64,000 bases of DNA from Acidobacteriota bacterium (lineage in GTDB: Bacteria > Acidobacteriota > Polarisedimenticolia > J045): NCBI GenBank assembly GCA_024763475.1, contig JANTFM010000001.1:7879-71878 (forward strand). The letters run 5' to 3'. Below, piece by piece: positions 38,368 through 47,378 of the stretch. The notes beneath the pieces were generated by a model. The model ran no database searches. It had not been told where the DNA came from and was given only the letters and a program-made list of their open reading frames with translations. Position 1 is the first letter of the stretch. Every line of letters starts with the position of its first letter. The position numbers were made by a program, and so were the translations under genes.

Positions 38368-39363
38368 ATGAATCCTGCACCCTCGTGGATGCCCCCCCAG
38401 GCCGCGGATATCGCGAAGAGCGTGGATTGGAGCTTCGAGGTCACGCTGTTTATCGCACTCTTCCTTGCGGTGACGGTGGTCGGTCTGCTTGCGCTCTTTG
38501 TCTCGACCAGCCGTCCCCAGGACAAGCAGTCGGCTGGGCGTGACGGTGCGGGCTGGGTGGTCCAGGCTTTCTGGGTCCTGGCCCCGCTGTTGATTTGCGG
38601 CTATCTGTTCACGCTGGGTCTTCCGGGCTATGTGTCCAATACGCGCCAGAGAAGCGAATCGTACACGGTGGTCGCTGCGGTCCAGCCCTGGACGGCGGAC
38701 GAGTCCAAGGAGCGGTCCGAGGGTGAGCTTCCGATCGCCGATTGGTCGTTTACCTACCCCAACGGTTTCGTCGCTCGGGACCTGCGCTTGCCAGCGCATA
38801 AGAAGATTCATCTCGTGGTTCAGGGCAGCCAAGGCGCTCAGACACTCTACGCGCCGGCCCTGCGCATCGAGGGCAAGGCCGCCTTCGGAGAAAAAGAGGA
38901 TTTTTGGTTCGAGACCTCGGATCCGGGAAGCTACCCGCTTTTCAACACGGTCTATAGCGGGGGCGAGTTCCTGGGCATGGGTGCCGAACTCATGATCAGC
39001 GACGCGGCGGAGTTCGACACCTGGCTCCAGGAAGTCTCGAACGATCTCTCGGGGCTTCCGCCCGCCGAGGCCGGCCAGGTCGTCTTCCAGCGCAACGGAT
39101 GTGTGGCTTGCCATTCGATCAACGGAACGCCGCTGGTCGGGCCGAGCTTCCAGGGATTGTGGGGCCGGTCCGAGACGCTTGCCGATGGAAGCAGCGTCGT
39201 CGTGGATGCGGACTATGTCGCGGAGTCGATCTTCAATCCGACAGCTAAAGTGGTCAAGGGCTTCCAGCCCGTGATGCCCCCGTTCGCCGGGCGCATTTCC
39301 GACGAGCACGTCGGCTTCCTCATCGAGTACATGAAGTCCCTGAACGGGGAGGGTGCCAAATGA
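38368..39363 (+). CDS. Cytochrome c oxidase subunit II homologue (caa3-type, C-terminal cytochrome c) lacking the CuA site
   Basis: WMPPQA...VD, two TM helices, WSFTYPNG cupredoxin start. DVIHSF is replaced by QGAQTL and CxExCGxxHxxM by NTVYSGGEFLGM. CVACH and VMPP are retained. Confidence 0.88.
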   Translation: MNPAPSWMPPQAADIAKSVDWSFEVTLFIALFLAVTVVGLLALFVSTSRPQDKQSAGRDGAGWVVQAFWVLAPLLICGYLFTLGLPGYVSNTRQRSESYTVVAAVQPWTADESKERSEGELPIADWSFTYPNGFVARDLRLPAHKKIHLVVQGSQGAQTLYAPALRIEGKAAFGEKEDFWFETSDPGSYPLFNTVYSGGEFLGMGAELMISDAAEFDTWLQEVSNDLSGLPPAEAGQVVFQRNGCVACHSINGTPLVGPSFQGLWGRSETLADGSSVVVDADYVAESIFNPTAKVVKGFQPVMPPFAGRISDEHVGFLIEYMKSLNGEGAK

Positions 39364-40928
39364 GCGCCACGCATGCAGCTGCTGCCCCATCCGGCACCCA
39401 GGGGAGCTGGCTCTTCAGCCTGGATCACCGCCGCATCGGCGTCCTCTACCTGTGGGTCTCCTGTTTCGCAATCCTCGTGGCCGCCTTCCTCGGCTGGTTG
39501 ACGGCCGTGGAGACGGCCTATCCAGGGCAGACCTTCGTTGGTGAGCAGGACCTCCACCTGCTCGGTGCCGGCCGGGGCCTCTTCCTTGTGTTTTTCTTCC
39601 TGCTGCCGGCCATCCCGGCTGGTCTCGGCAATTTCATTCTGCCGCTGCAGGTCGGCGCAGAGAATGTCTTCCATCCGTCGATGAATCGCCTGGCGCTTCA
39701 TACCTTCCTGCTGGGCCTTCTCGCCGCCGTGGTGGCGGCGTTACTCGGTGGAGCGGATGCGTGGTGGGCCCCGCTGACGCCCTATGACTTGGGGCCCGGT
39801 GCGGTCGTGACCTGGTCGATGGCCGCCGCCGCACTCGTCGTATTCTCGATGATGATGACCAGTCTCAATTTCATCGGGACGGTTCATCTGCGCCGGGCTC
39901 CCGGTATGAGCCTGTCCCGGCTCCCGGTGAGTGTCTGGGCGATCTACATCTACTCCTGGGTTCACATCGTGGCTGCGCCGGCGGCGACTCTCGCCTATGG
40001 CGCGATGTTGATGAGTCGCGGCAAGGAGATGCCCTTCACCAATCCCGAGACGGGTTTCGCCTTCTCGCAGATCGAGATGCTCTTCTGGTTCTTCGCGGCT
40101 CCCGTGCTCCTGGCCACGATCCTGCCCGTGATCGGCGTCGTGACGGAGGTCCTTTCGGCGCAGACCCGCCGACGGCCTGCGGCGCCAGGACTCCTGGTCT
40201 ACGCGATGGCCGCAATCGGCGTCATGTCCTTCATGGTGTGGGGACGGGAACTTTTCTCGATCGGCGCGCATGAACGACTGGCGATCGTCGGCAGTGTTGC
40301 GTCCTTCCTGGTCTACGCCCTCGTCTTGACGATCATCTTCGCCTGGATCGGCACCCTGTCCCAGCGTGGCAGTGGTTTCCAAGTGGATGCTGCCTTGCTC
40401 TACGCGGTCTTCGCGATCGCTTTCCTCGCGATCGGCGCTCTTGCCGGTTGTTTTACGGCCTCCATGGCCCTCGGCCCTTACCTCGGCCCGTCGCTCTTTG
40501 CCTCCGGCCGCTTCGAACTCCTCGTGGTGAGCCCGGTGGTCATGGGGCTTCTGGCGGGGCTGCACTACTGGTGGCCCAAGCTCAGGGGGTGCAGCTGCCG
40601 GGGCACGGCCGCGAGCCTGGGAGCTTGGGCGGTCTTCCTGGGATTGCTTCTCTCCGGACTGGGCAAGCTGGCGCTGGGCATCATGGGTGTTCCTGCGCGA
40701 GCGTATTCCGCAGGTGGGCCTCACCTGGCCGCTTACCTTGCGGAGCTGGGGGCGACCCTCGTGCTCTGCGGTCTCTTCGTAGTGGTGACGGTGCTTGCGC
40801 GCGCCGAGAAGGGAAGCGACGAGGGGATCGAGGGCGCGGGCCTCGAATGGCAGGCCGGCTCCTTCAACGACGCCGAGAACTTCTCGACAGTTCCGGATGG
40901 CCACATCGACCCCTACGACTTCCGCTGA
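39360..40928 (+). CDS. Heme-copper oxidase subunit I homologue lacking all heme and CuB histidines
   Basis: Scaffold motifs kept (SLDHRRIGVLY, GNFILPLQVGA, NFIGTV..RRAPGM, LFWFF, HYWWPK, GLEW). Ligand sites read GRG, FAAPVLL, WGRE and GRFE. Confidence 0.9.
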   Translation: MSATHAAAAPSGTQGSWLFSLDHRRIGVLYLWVSCFAILVAAFLGWLTAVETAYPGQTFVGEQDLHLLGAGRGLFLVFFFLLPAIPAGLGNFILPLQVGAENVFHPSMNRLALHTFLLGLLAAVVAALLGGADAWWAPLTPYDLGPGAVVTWSMAAAALVVFSMMMTSLNFIGTVHLRRAPGMSLSRLPVSVWAIYIYSWVHIVAAPAATLAYGAMLMSRGKEMPFTNPETGFAFSQIEMLFWFFAAPVLLATILPVIGVVTEVLSAQTRRRPAAPGLLVYAMAAIGVMSFMVWGRELFSIGAHERLAIVGSVASFLVYALVLTIIFAWIGTLSQRGSGFQVDAALLYAVFAIAFLAIGALAGCFTASMALGPYLGPSLFASGRFELLVVSPVVMGLLAGLHYWWPKLRGCSCRGTAASLGAWAVFLGLLLSGLGKLALGIMGVPARAYSAGGPHLAAYLAELGATLVLCGLFVVVTVLARAEKGSDEGIEGAGLEWQAGSFNDAENFSTVPDGHIDPYDFR

Positions 40929-40933
40929 GCCCG

Positions 40934-41482
40934 ATGGTTGACCGGGAGACATCGAATCCCGTTCGGGCGGCCATCTCCCACTGGACGGAGCCTGTCTTCG
41001 GGCTCGCGGGTCTCGCGCTTGTCGCGGTGGTGCTGCTATTCATCGTCAGAGGTTGGGTCCCCAGGGAGCGGCCTCATCCGGGGTCCCCAGAGATCGGAAG
41101 ACTCGCCGTCCTGCCCTTCGATGAGATCGGTGACGAAGCTGCCGCCGCCCCAGACAGCGGGTCAATCCTGGAGGCGCTGACCAGCGAGTTCTCCCACTAC
41201 CTGGCCGTGATCCCGTCCGAGCAGAGCCAGCTCCAGGGGCGGAGCAAAAAGACCCTGCGGGAGATTGCGGAAGACCTCGGCGCCGACTCGCTCCTGGTGG
41301 GTAGCATCATCGCCGGAGACAGCGGCACCCGCGTGCGCGCACGCCTCGTGCGAGCCGAGCAGAGCCGCGAGCTGTTTGCCGTCCGTGTGCTCGGAGAGGA
41401 TCCTGCGCGCCTCGCGGCGCAAATGCGGACGACGATTCTTGGGGAAGATGCGCCGCGAAGGACGGCTGAAGAGACGCGGTGA
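40934..41482 (+). CDS. Membrane-anchored TolB-N/FlgO-like domain protein
   Basis: One TM helix, then LAVLPFD...EIAEDLGADSLLVGSI...VRARLV. Confidence 0.65.
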   Translation: MVDRETSNPVRAAISHWTEPVFGLAGLALVAVVLLFIVRGWVPRERPHPGSPEIGRLAVLPFDEIGDEAAAAPDSGSILEALTSEFSHYLAVIPSEQSQLQGRSKKTLREIAEDLGADSLLVGSIIAGDSGTRVRARLVRAEQSRELFAVRVLGEDPARLAAQMRTTILGEDAPRRTAEETR

Positions 41483-41567
41483 TGCGACGGACACAAGGAG
41501 CCAAGGGCAAACCAAGAGCGTTCGAGCAGAGATGTCAGGCCCGCACGAACCGGAGGCTAGAGGGTCA

Positions 41568-42227
41568 ATGCAGTCGCCGCAAGAGGTCCTGAAGCGCCTC
41601 CAGGCAGGAAATCGTCGCTTCGTTTCGGAGCGTCCTACTTGCGCCATCCTCAGCACTGAGGCGCGCCGCCGCGAGCTACTGGAGGGCCAGGAGCCCTGCG
41701 CCATCATCCTCGGTTGTTCCGATTCGCGGGTTCCGCCGGAGATCGTCTTCGATCAGGGCCTGGGCGACCTCTTCGTCATTCGTGTCGCGGGGAACACCGC
41801 CGGCCCATCTCAAGTCAGTAGCATCGAGTTCGCCGTGAAGAAGCTCGGTGCGCGGCTCGTCGTGGTTCTGGGTCACTCGAGCTGTGGTGCCGTGCTCGCG
41901 GCCCTGGAGGATCTCGAACTCCCGCCTCGGCACCGGTCTCCGAGCCTCGCGCCGATCGTTGCTTCGTTCGAAGACTCGGTGAAATCCTTGCCAGAGACGG
42001 AGCGTCTGCAGGACTCGGCCACGCTGGTGCGCTACGCCGTTCGGGAGAATATCCGGAGGGTAGTGGATCAGCTGCGAAGCGACTTTGGGGTTTTCGGGCG
42101 ACAGGTCCGGCGAGACGAACTCCTCATCGTCGGAGCGGAGTATTCGCTCGAGACCGGATGCGTAGATTTCTTCGATGATCCGGTGCAGCCGACCGGAACC
42201 GAAGTCGCTCGTCCCCAGGATCCATGA
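41568..42227 (+). CDS. Beta-class carbonic anhydrase
   Basis: LQAGNRRF, GCSDSRV, GDLFVIRVAGN, GHSSCGAV. Confidence 0.95.
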   Translation: MQSPQEVLKRLQAGNRRFVSERPTCAILSTEARRRELLEGQEPCAIILGCSDSRVPPEIVFDQGLGDLFVIRVAGNTAGPSQVSSIEFAVKKLGARLVVVLGHSSCGAVLAALEDLELPPRHRSPSLAPIVASFEDSVKSLPETERLQDSATLVRYAVRENIRRVVDQLRSDFGVFGRQVRRDELLIVGAEYSLETGCVDFFDDPVQPTGTEVARPQDP

Positions 42228-42540
42228 GTCTTTCGGGTCCGTGTCGAGTACCCCTGAGTGCTGCTCTTCGAGGTGTCTCGTATCCTTCTTGGCCAGTGCA
42301 GGTGAGATGGAGTCTCGCAGCTCGACGGATCTCGAGAGAGAGTCGTCGTCCGTCTCGATTCGTCGAGATGACGGGGTTCTGTCTGAACGCGCTCTGGTGC
42401 TGAACTCGGTGTTGAGTGGCGTGCCGGGCTAGACATCATCGATGGACCGGTCCATCCGCAGAGTCGTGGGTTACGCTCGGTTCTTCTCAAACCAACTGTG
42501 GTGCAGAGCTACATACGGAGGACCGGTCAATCCACGATGT

Positions 42541-43413
42541 CTAGTGCCGGTGCCTCGATTTCTTCTTTTTGTGAGATGTTGCGGGCCTCGTCGTCTTCGT
42601 CGCCGCGGGCTTGGCTGCTTGCCAGTCCGGCTCGCCGGTGTTCCGGTGTTGCCGAGCGAGGAGGAAGAGCGCCGTGGCGGCCACGGCAAAAATGATAATG
42701 CCGAGGAACTGGGAGGTACTGAGGATGTCTTCGATGACATAGCCGCGGCCTCGGTCGCCGCGGACGTACTCGATGAAGAATCGGGCAAAGGTGTAGAGCA
42801 TCAGGTACAGCATCAGGATCTGGCCGTGGAAGCGTTTCTTCCTGTAGAGCAGCATGAGCAGGCCAAAGATGATCAGCGAGTTGATGGAGAGGTAGATCTG
42901 CGTGGGATGAACGGGCACGGCCGGCAATCCGGCGTGCATGTGGCGTGCGAGCGGAGGGAAGGTCACACCCCAGGGAAGATCCGTTGGCTTGCCGAAGCAG
43001 CAGCCGGAGAAGAAGCAGCCCCAGCGGGCGATGCCCATCGAGAGGGCGCCGACCAGAGCGAGAATGTCCAGGCCCTGGAGAAGCGGAATCTTCTGACGGT
43101 GGAACCAGTAGATGCCGAAAGGAACGGCCGTGATCACCGCTCCGAGGTAGGGACCAGCCGAGAACACCAGGTTTCCCGCTTGTGAGGGATCGGCCAGAAT
43201 GTCGTCGGCAATCACGATGAACTGCGCGGCGCGGGCTCCGAGGAATCCGACAAAACAGGTGAACACGATCGCGTCGGTGACGGTCCGCGGATCGAGACCC
43301 TCCCTCTTTGCGAAGCGCGGCAGCATCAGGATGCAGGTGACGGTCGCAAGGACGCCCATGACTCCATACATGCCGATCTGGAGTGATCCAATCTGGAACA
43401 GAATGGGATACAT
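42541..43413 (-). CDS. lgt: Prolipoprotein diacylglyceryl transferase
   Basis: MYPILF...YG, LGAR, RWGCFFSGCCFGKPT, HPTQIY, RFFIEYVRGD. Confidence 0.9.
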   Translation of the reverse strand: MYPILFQIGSLQIGMYGVMGVLATVTCILMLPRFAKREGLDPRTVTDAIVFTCFVGFLGARAAQFIVIADDILADPSQAGNLVFSAGPYLGAVITAVPFGIYWFHRQKIPLLQGLDILALVGALSMGIARWGCFFSGCCFGKPTDLPWGVTFPPLARHMHAGLPAVPVHPTQIYLSINSLIIFGLLMLLYRKKRFHGQILMLYLMLYTFARFFIEYVRGDRGRGYVIEDILSTSQFLGIIIFAVAATALFLLARQHRNTGEPDWQAAKPAATKTTRPATSHKKKKSRHRH

Positions 43414-43549
43414 CGGTCCTCCCCCGAGGAAGCCACAATCGTACGCTCGTCCCCTTACGGCGTCTTTTGCAGCTCATTTGTTTCCTATATGATACGACCT
43501 TCCCGGAAACAAGTGGGGGGAATTCTCGCCGGACCCGCAAGACCCGGTG

Positions 43550-45403
43550 TTACGAATCGATATGGACGCGGTGGAAGAGCTCGAAGGATGCGAGCCAGGA
43601 AAGCAGGTAAAAGCCCTTGCCTCCGCGGCGCTGCCAGCGCAGCATCTTCTCGATTCCCGCTCGATCGTAGTAGCCGCGATCGAGAGCTTTCCGGCTGAGC
43701 AGCAGATCCTCGAAGTAGGATCTCACGCGGGTGTTGGTCCGGAACCACTGGTCGAAATGGTGATAGTTTCTCGAGTCGTAGAAGTTGTAGCGCCCGTGGC
43801 TCATCCGTTCGAGCTTGTAGCCGAAGGCCTTCATGGACCGCCGGATCCTGGTCATCAGCGCAGAGGGTTTGCGGTAGAGGCTCGCACCGGTGTACTGGTA
43901 CGCAATGGCCGCGAGTTCGGGGAACCTCTCCTTGAAGTACTCGTAGAAGAAGGTGCGCCCCAGCTTCAGCCTGGCGGGCAGGCGGAGGTAGAAGTCGATC
44001 AGGCGGTCATCGTAGAGCACGAAGTGATCGTGCCAGAGATAGCGGTTGCTGTCGGCCTGGTTCATGAAGCGCACGAGGCGGTTGCGGATGAAGAACGCGT
44101 CCTTCTGGTGGGCGAAATCATCGGAGACCGTCAGAAAGCGCCGGAACTCCTCGTCGAGGACGGGCTCATAACTGTTTTTCATCCGCTGGCGGAACTCTCC
44201 GGAGAACATCCCGAGGAAGCCTTCGTCGACCACATCGCCGAAGAGGGCGCGCCTGAGGTTCCGCAGCTTCTCCTCGTGAGTGAACTTACGACTGAGGTCT
44301 CCCGCGCGGAAGTAGCCTGAGCCGAAATTGCCCGGTCCACCGAAGATGCCGTTGAGCAACGAGGTCGACTGTGGGGGCAGTCCGTAGTGCTCCCCGATCG
44401 CGAGCAGCAGGCCATGGTGGACTCCCCCCATGCCGTCCGCGAGGTGGTTGAACTCCTCCGCCTTGTCGATCAGCCAATCCGGCTGCGTCTCGATCAGGTG
44501 GTAGTTCTTGATTCCGAGCGTTGTCGCCACCTGCTGGCCGATCCGGTGGTCATCGCAACCACGACGTCCATGACTGAAGCAGTGGGGCTCGACGCCCGCG
44601 CGCACCAGCTGCCCGACGATGAAGCGGCTGTCTAGACCACCGGAGAGCGGCACCAGGGTCTGTCCGCCGTAGCTCAAGATGCGATCGAGCACGCCGCGGT
44701 AGATCTCGTCCGCCTCTTCGATCAGCTCGGATGTCGTGGCCTGGGATTCCTCGCCGAAACAGAACTCCCAGTACTGGTGCGTCGTGATCTCGGGACGGCG
44801 GAGGCGAATCGTCTGCGCTCCTCGCAGCAGGCGGACACCCCTGATGAAGGTCTTGTCGCCGAGGACGTAGCCGAAGTTGAAGTAGCGCGCGGCTCCATCC
44901 AGATCGACCTCGCGCCGCAGGCCGGGATAGGCCAGCAGGGCTTTCACCTCGCAGGAGAAGAGAAAGCGCTCATCGTCCTCGTACACGTAGAGTTGACGGT
45001 GACCAAGGCGATCGTTGAAGACCACGCCTTCGCCTTCCCTGCGGGAAAAGACGACGGCGTCGAAACAGCCATCGATCTTCTTCGGCGTTTCGAGCCGGAA
45101 CTGTTTCTGCAATTCGACCAGGCGCGTCGTCTTCTGCGTTGTCTTTGTGGCGAGTTCACCGGGAAGATCCTTGAACCCGTAGATGTATCCGGAGAAGGCT
45201 GCGGCCGTGTCGCCGGTCACGGCAAAACGCTCCTCACCCGCTACCGGCAGGCCAATGTTGCCGAGGGCGAAGTACTCGTCCGCATGGGTCTCGCAGACAT
45301 AGAGCGGGTTGTGGGAGAGACGCTGGGCCATCGCATCAATCAGTCGACGGTTTTCTTCGAGCTGCGGCCCCTTCTTGGAGAAGACTCCAAAGATCCCTGG
45401 CAT
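43550..45403 (-). CDS. Asparagine-synthase-like amide ligase with an MPG N-terminus (no catalytic Cys)
   Basis: ATG 45403 MPGIFG; NDRLGHRQLY, FSCEVKALL, PLSGGLDSR. Confidence 0.85.
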   Translation of the reverse strand: MPGIFGVFSKKGPQLEENRRLIDAMAQRLSHNPLYVCETHADEYFALGNIGLPVAGEERFAVTGDTAAAFSGYIYGFKDLPGELATKTTQKTTRLVELQKQFRLETPKKIDGCFDAVVFSRREGEGVVFNDRLGHRQLYVYEDDERFLFSCEVKALLAYPGLRREVDLDGAARYFNFGYVLGDKTFIRGVRLLRGAQTIRLRRPEITTHQYWEFCFGEESQATTSELIEEADEIYRGVLDRILSYGGQTLVPLSGGLDSRFIVGQLVRAGVEPHCFSHGRRGCDDHRIGQQVATTLGIKNYHLIETQPDWLIDKAEEFNHLADGMGGVHHGLLLAIGEHYGLPPQSTSLLNGIFGGPGNFGSGYFRAGDLSRKFTHEEKLRNLRRALFGDVVDEGFLGMFSGEFRQRMKNSYEPVLDEEFRRFLTVSDDFAHQKDAFFIRNRLVRFMNQADSNRYLWHDHFVLYDDRLIDFYLRLPARLKLGRTFFYEYFKERFPELAAIAYQYTGASLYRKPSALMTRIRRSMKAFGYKLERMSHGRYNFYDSRNYHHFDQWFRTNTRVRSYFEDLLLSRKALDRGYYDRAGIEKMLRWQRRGGKGFYLLSWLASFELFHRVHIDS

Positions 45404-45413
45404 CTCGCAGCTC

Positions 45414-46397
45414 CTAGCTTCGCGCGGGAACGAGCGAGCGGGCGGCACCCTTGGCGCGCGCTTCGAGTTCGTGAATGAAGAGGGAGAGCTTCTCGCGGGA
45501 GGTGGCGTGGCCGTTCTCCTCGAGTTGCTCGCGAAGCCACTGCACATCGTCCCATTGCCGCTGATCGAGCGCTTCGAGGAGGCGCCGGTACATGCCGAGA
45601 GCCTTGCGCCGGGCGACGGGCAGGGGCAACGAGATGCCCTCCTTCTCGGCCGCCTGGGCACAGAAGTCGTAGGAGAGCCAGTCGTACTTCATCGTTCGCC
45701 GGATGTCTGCTCTCGAGGTGAGGGATCCCGCGTGAATCCGGCGAATGGCCAGGGGTTCTGCGATACAGGAAACGGCGTAGAGCATCGTCATCCGCAGCCA
45801 GAGTTCGAAGTCCTGCGCCTTGCGCATCTCGACGTTAAACAGGCCGACATGCCGCAGCGCCTTCCTTCGTGCGACGACCGTCGAGGGCGGCATCGTGAAG
45901 GACTCCATGTAGAGTTCCTCGAACACCCGCTGGTTCGAGCGCGTGGGGACAACTCGCGGCGGGCCGATCGCCTGCCACTCGAAGTCGGTGTCCTGGGATC
46001 CGCTGTAGCAGAGGCCGAGTTCGGGGTACTTCTCGAACTCCGGGACCTGCCGCTCGAGCTTTTCGGGAAGCCACTTGTCGTCCGCATCGAGGAAAGCGAC
46101 CAGCGGTGAGCCAGCGGCCTCGATTCCCGTGTTGCGGGCAATGTTTCCTCCCCGGTTTTCGGGGAAGAGGATCGGCTGGATCGAATCGCCCATCGAGAGG
46201 AGGAGATCCGCCGTACCATCGCTCGAGCCGTCATCAACCACGAAGATCGTTGTCGGGGGCAGCGTCTGCGCCAGAACAGATTCCACCGCGTCTCCGACAC
46301 AGTCAGCGGCGTTGTAGGCAGGTATAACTACGTCGTAACACAAGCGCTGGGACACAGACCACCTCGCGAGTTCCGTACAAACTCCAAGGCCCAACAT
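45414..46397 (-). CDS. Glycosyltransferase family 2 (start uncertain)
   Basis: VVIPAYN, VDDGSSD, ARNTG, FLDADD, QDFELWLR. Confidence 0.9.
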   Translation of the reverse strand: MLGLGVCTELARWSVSQRLCYDVVIPAYNAADCVGDAVESVLAQTLPPTTIFVVDDGSSDGTADLLLSMGDSIQPILFPENRGGNIARNTGIEAAGSPLVAFLDADDKWLPEKLERQVPEFEKYPELGLCYSGSQDTDFEWQAIGPPRVVPTRSNQRVFEELYMESFTMPPSTVVARRKALRHVGLFNVEMRKAQDFELWLRMTMLYAVSCIAEPLAIRRIHAGSLTSRADIRRTMKYDWLSYDFCAQAAEKEGISLPLPVARRKALGMYRRLLEALDQRQWDDVQWLREQLEENGHATSREKLSLFIHELEARAKGAARSLVPARS

Positions 46398-46454
46398 AGC
46401 CGTCTCTTCCGAAAGAATCGAGTCCCTATCGATCGCGGCCGGAGGACCTGCGGG

Positions 46455-47378
46455 CTACTTGGGTTGGAGGCGCAGATCATCGAGAAAGAGCACGCGCTCC
46501 TGGGTCAATTCCTTGAGAAGGAAGACCACCGTCTTGATTCGTGATGTGTCGATCTTCCGATGTTGTCCCCCGACAACGAGATTCTCGAGTTCGATATGGA
46601 GGGTGTTGGGCCCGGGTGCAAGATCTACGCGCTTCAGGAATCGCTCCTTGGGGTCCCGGTAGGCGAGTTCGTCCGTGATCTTCACGAAGAAGGGTAGTGG
46701 ATCCTCTCCGGCGACGAAGACCTGCAGGTCGAGCCGGTGATAGGCGCTCCAGTCGTGGGGGGGATCGCTGAAGACGACTGCCGGCCGGGTGCCCGGCGAG
46801 AACCTGCACTTGAGCGAGTAACTTCCGGAATGCGGGTGTTCCGTTGCCAGGCGAAGGGCACAGCCGCCGCTGCCCTGCCAGGGCAGCAGGTCTCCCGCGC
46901 CCTCGAAGTCGGCGAGGACGGGAAGGCGCAGGGCTCGCGCGTGTTCTTCACCAAAAACCCAGAGCGTTCGGGCCACGGGCCAGGCGCTCAGAAGCACGAG
47001 TGCGAGAACGACGAGAACGATTCGCCTCGGTGTGGGGTCGTCCAGGGCAGCCATGAGCGCGAGGGCCGCAGCGATGCCAGCCAAGTCGACAGCGAGGTCT
47101 CCAAGGGAAGCTTCTCCCGTTCCCAGGAGCGCCTGCAGGCCCTCGATGGCGACACAGATCGCGAGGGTCAAAGCGGCTGCGGGCACGAGATGGCGCAGGA
47201 GGCGGGTGAGAAGCCAGCAAAGGAGTGCGGCCAGGGGCAAGTGTGCGAGGTCCATCAACGCGGAGGCCCGAGGGACGCCGTCCAGCTGCGGCGTCGGGAG
47301 CAGGGGGATCGCGGCCAGCCCAAGGAGGGCCGCCGAGAGCAGCAACCGGCTACTTCGCGTGGACGGCGCCTGGTCCAT
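46455..47378 (-). CDS. VanZ-like membrane domain plus a C-terminal carbohydrate-binding-like domain
   Basis: DLAHLP...IEGLQ...ASLGDLAVDLAG; then LADFE...DWSAYHRL...LFLDDLRL. Confidence 0.7.
   Translation of the reverse strand: MDQAPSTRSSRLLLSAALLGLAAIPLLPTPQLDGVPRASALMDLAHLPLAALLCWLLTRLLRHLVPAAALTLAICVAIEGLQALLGTGEASLGDLAVDLAGIAAALALMAALDDPTPRRIVLVVLALVLLSAWPVARTLWVFGEEHARALRLPVLADFEGAGDLLPWQGSGGCALRLATEHPHSGSYSLKCRFSPGTRPAVVFSDPPHDWSAYHRLDLQVFVAGEDPLPFFVKITDELAYRDPKERFLKRVDLAPGPNTLHIELENLVVGGQHRKIDTSRIKTVVFLLKELTQERVLFLDDLRLQPK

Noticed and set aside
38368..39363. Quinol oxidase (bo3-type) subunit II
   Set aside because: The CuA-less loop is similar, but it has a cytochrome c domain and its subunit I partner has no catalytic site.
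39360..40928. Functional cytochrome c oxidase, NO reductase variant, or simple pseudogene
   Set aside because: No heme or CuB ligand remains, which excludes known catalytic families. An intact full-length frame, gene coupling and retained scaffold motifs argue against a decayed pseudogene, though dN/dS is needed.
42228..42540. Gene or element between carbonic anhydrase and lgt
   Set aside because: Candidate ORFs overlap neighbours and show no motifs; no terminal repeats seen.
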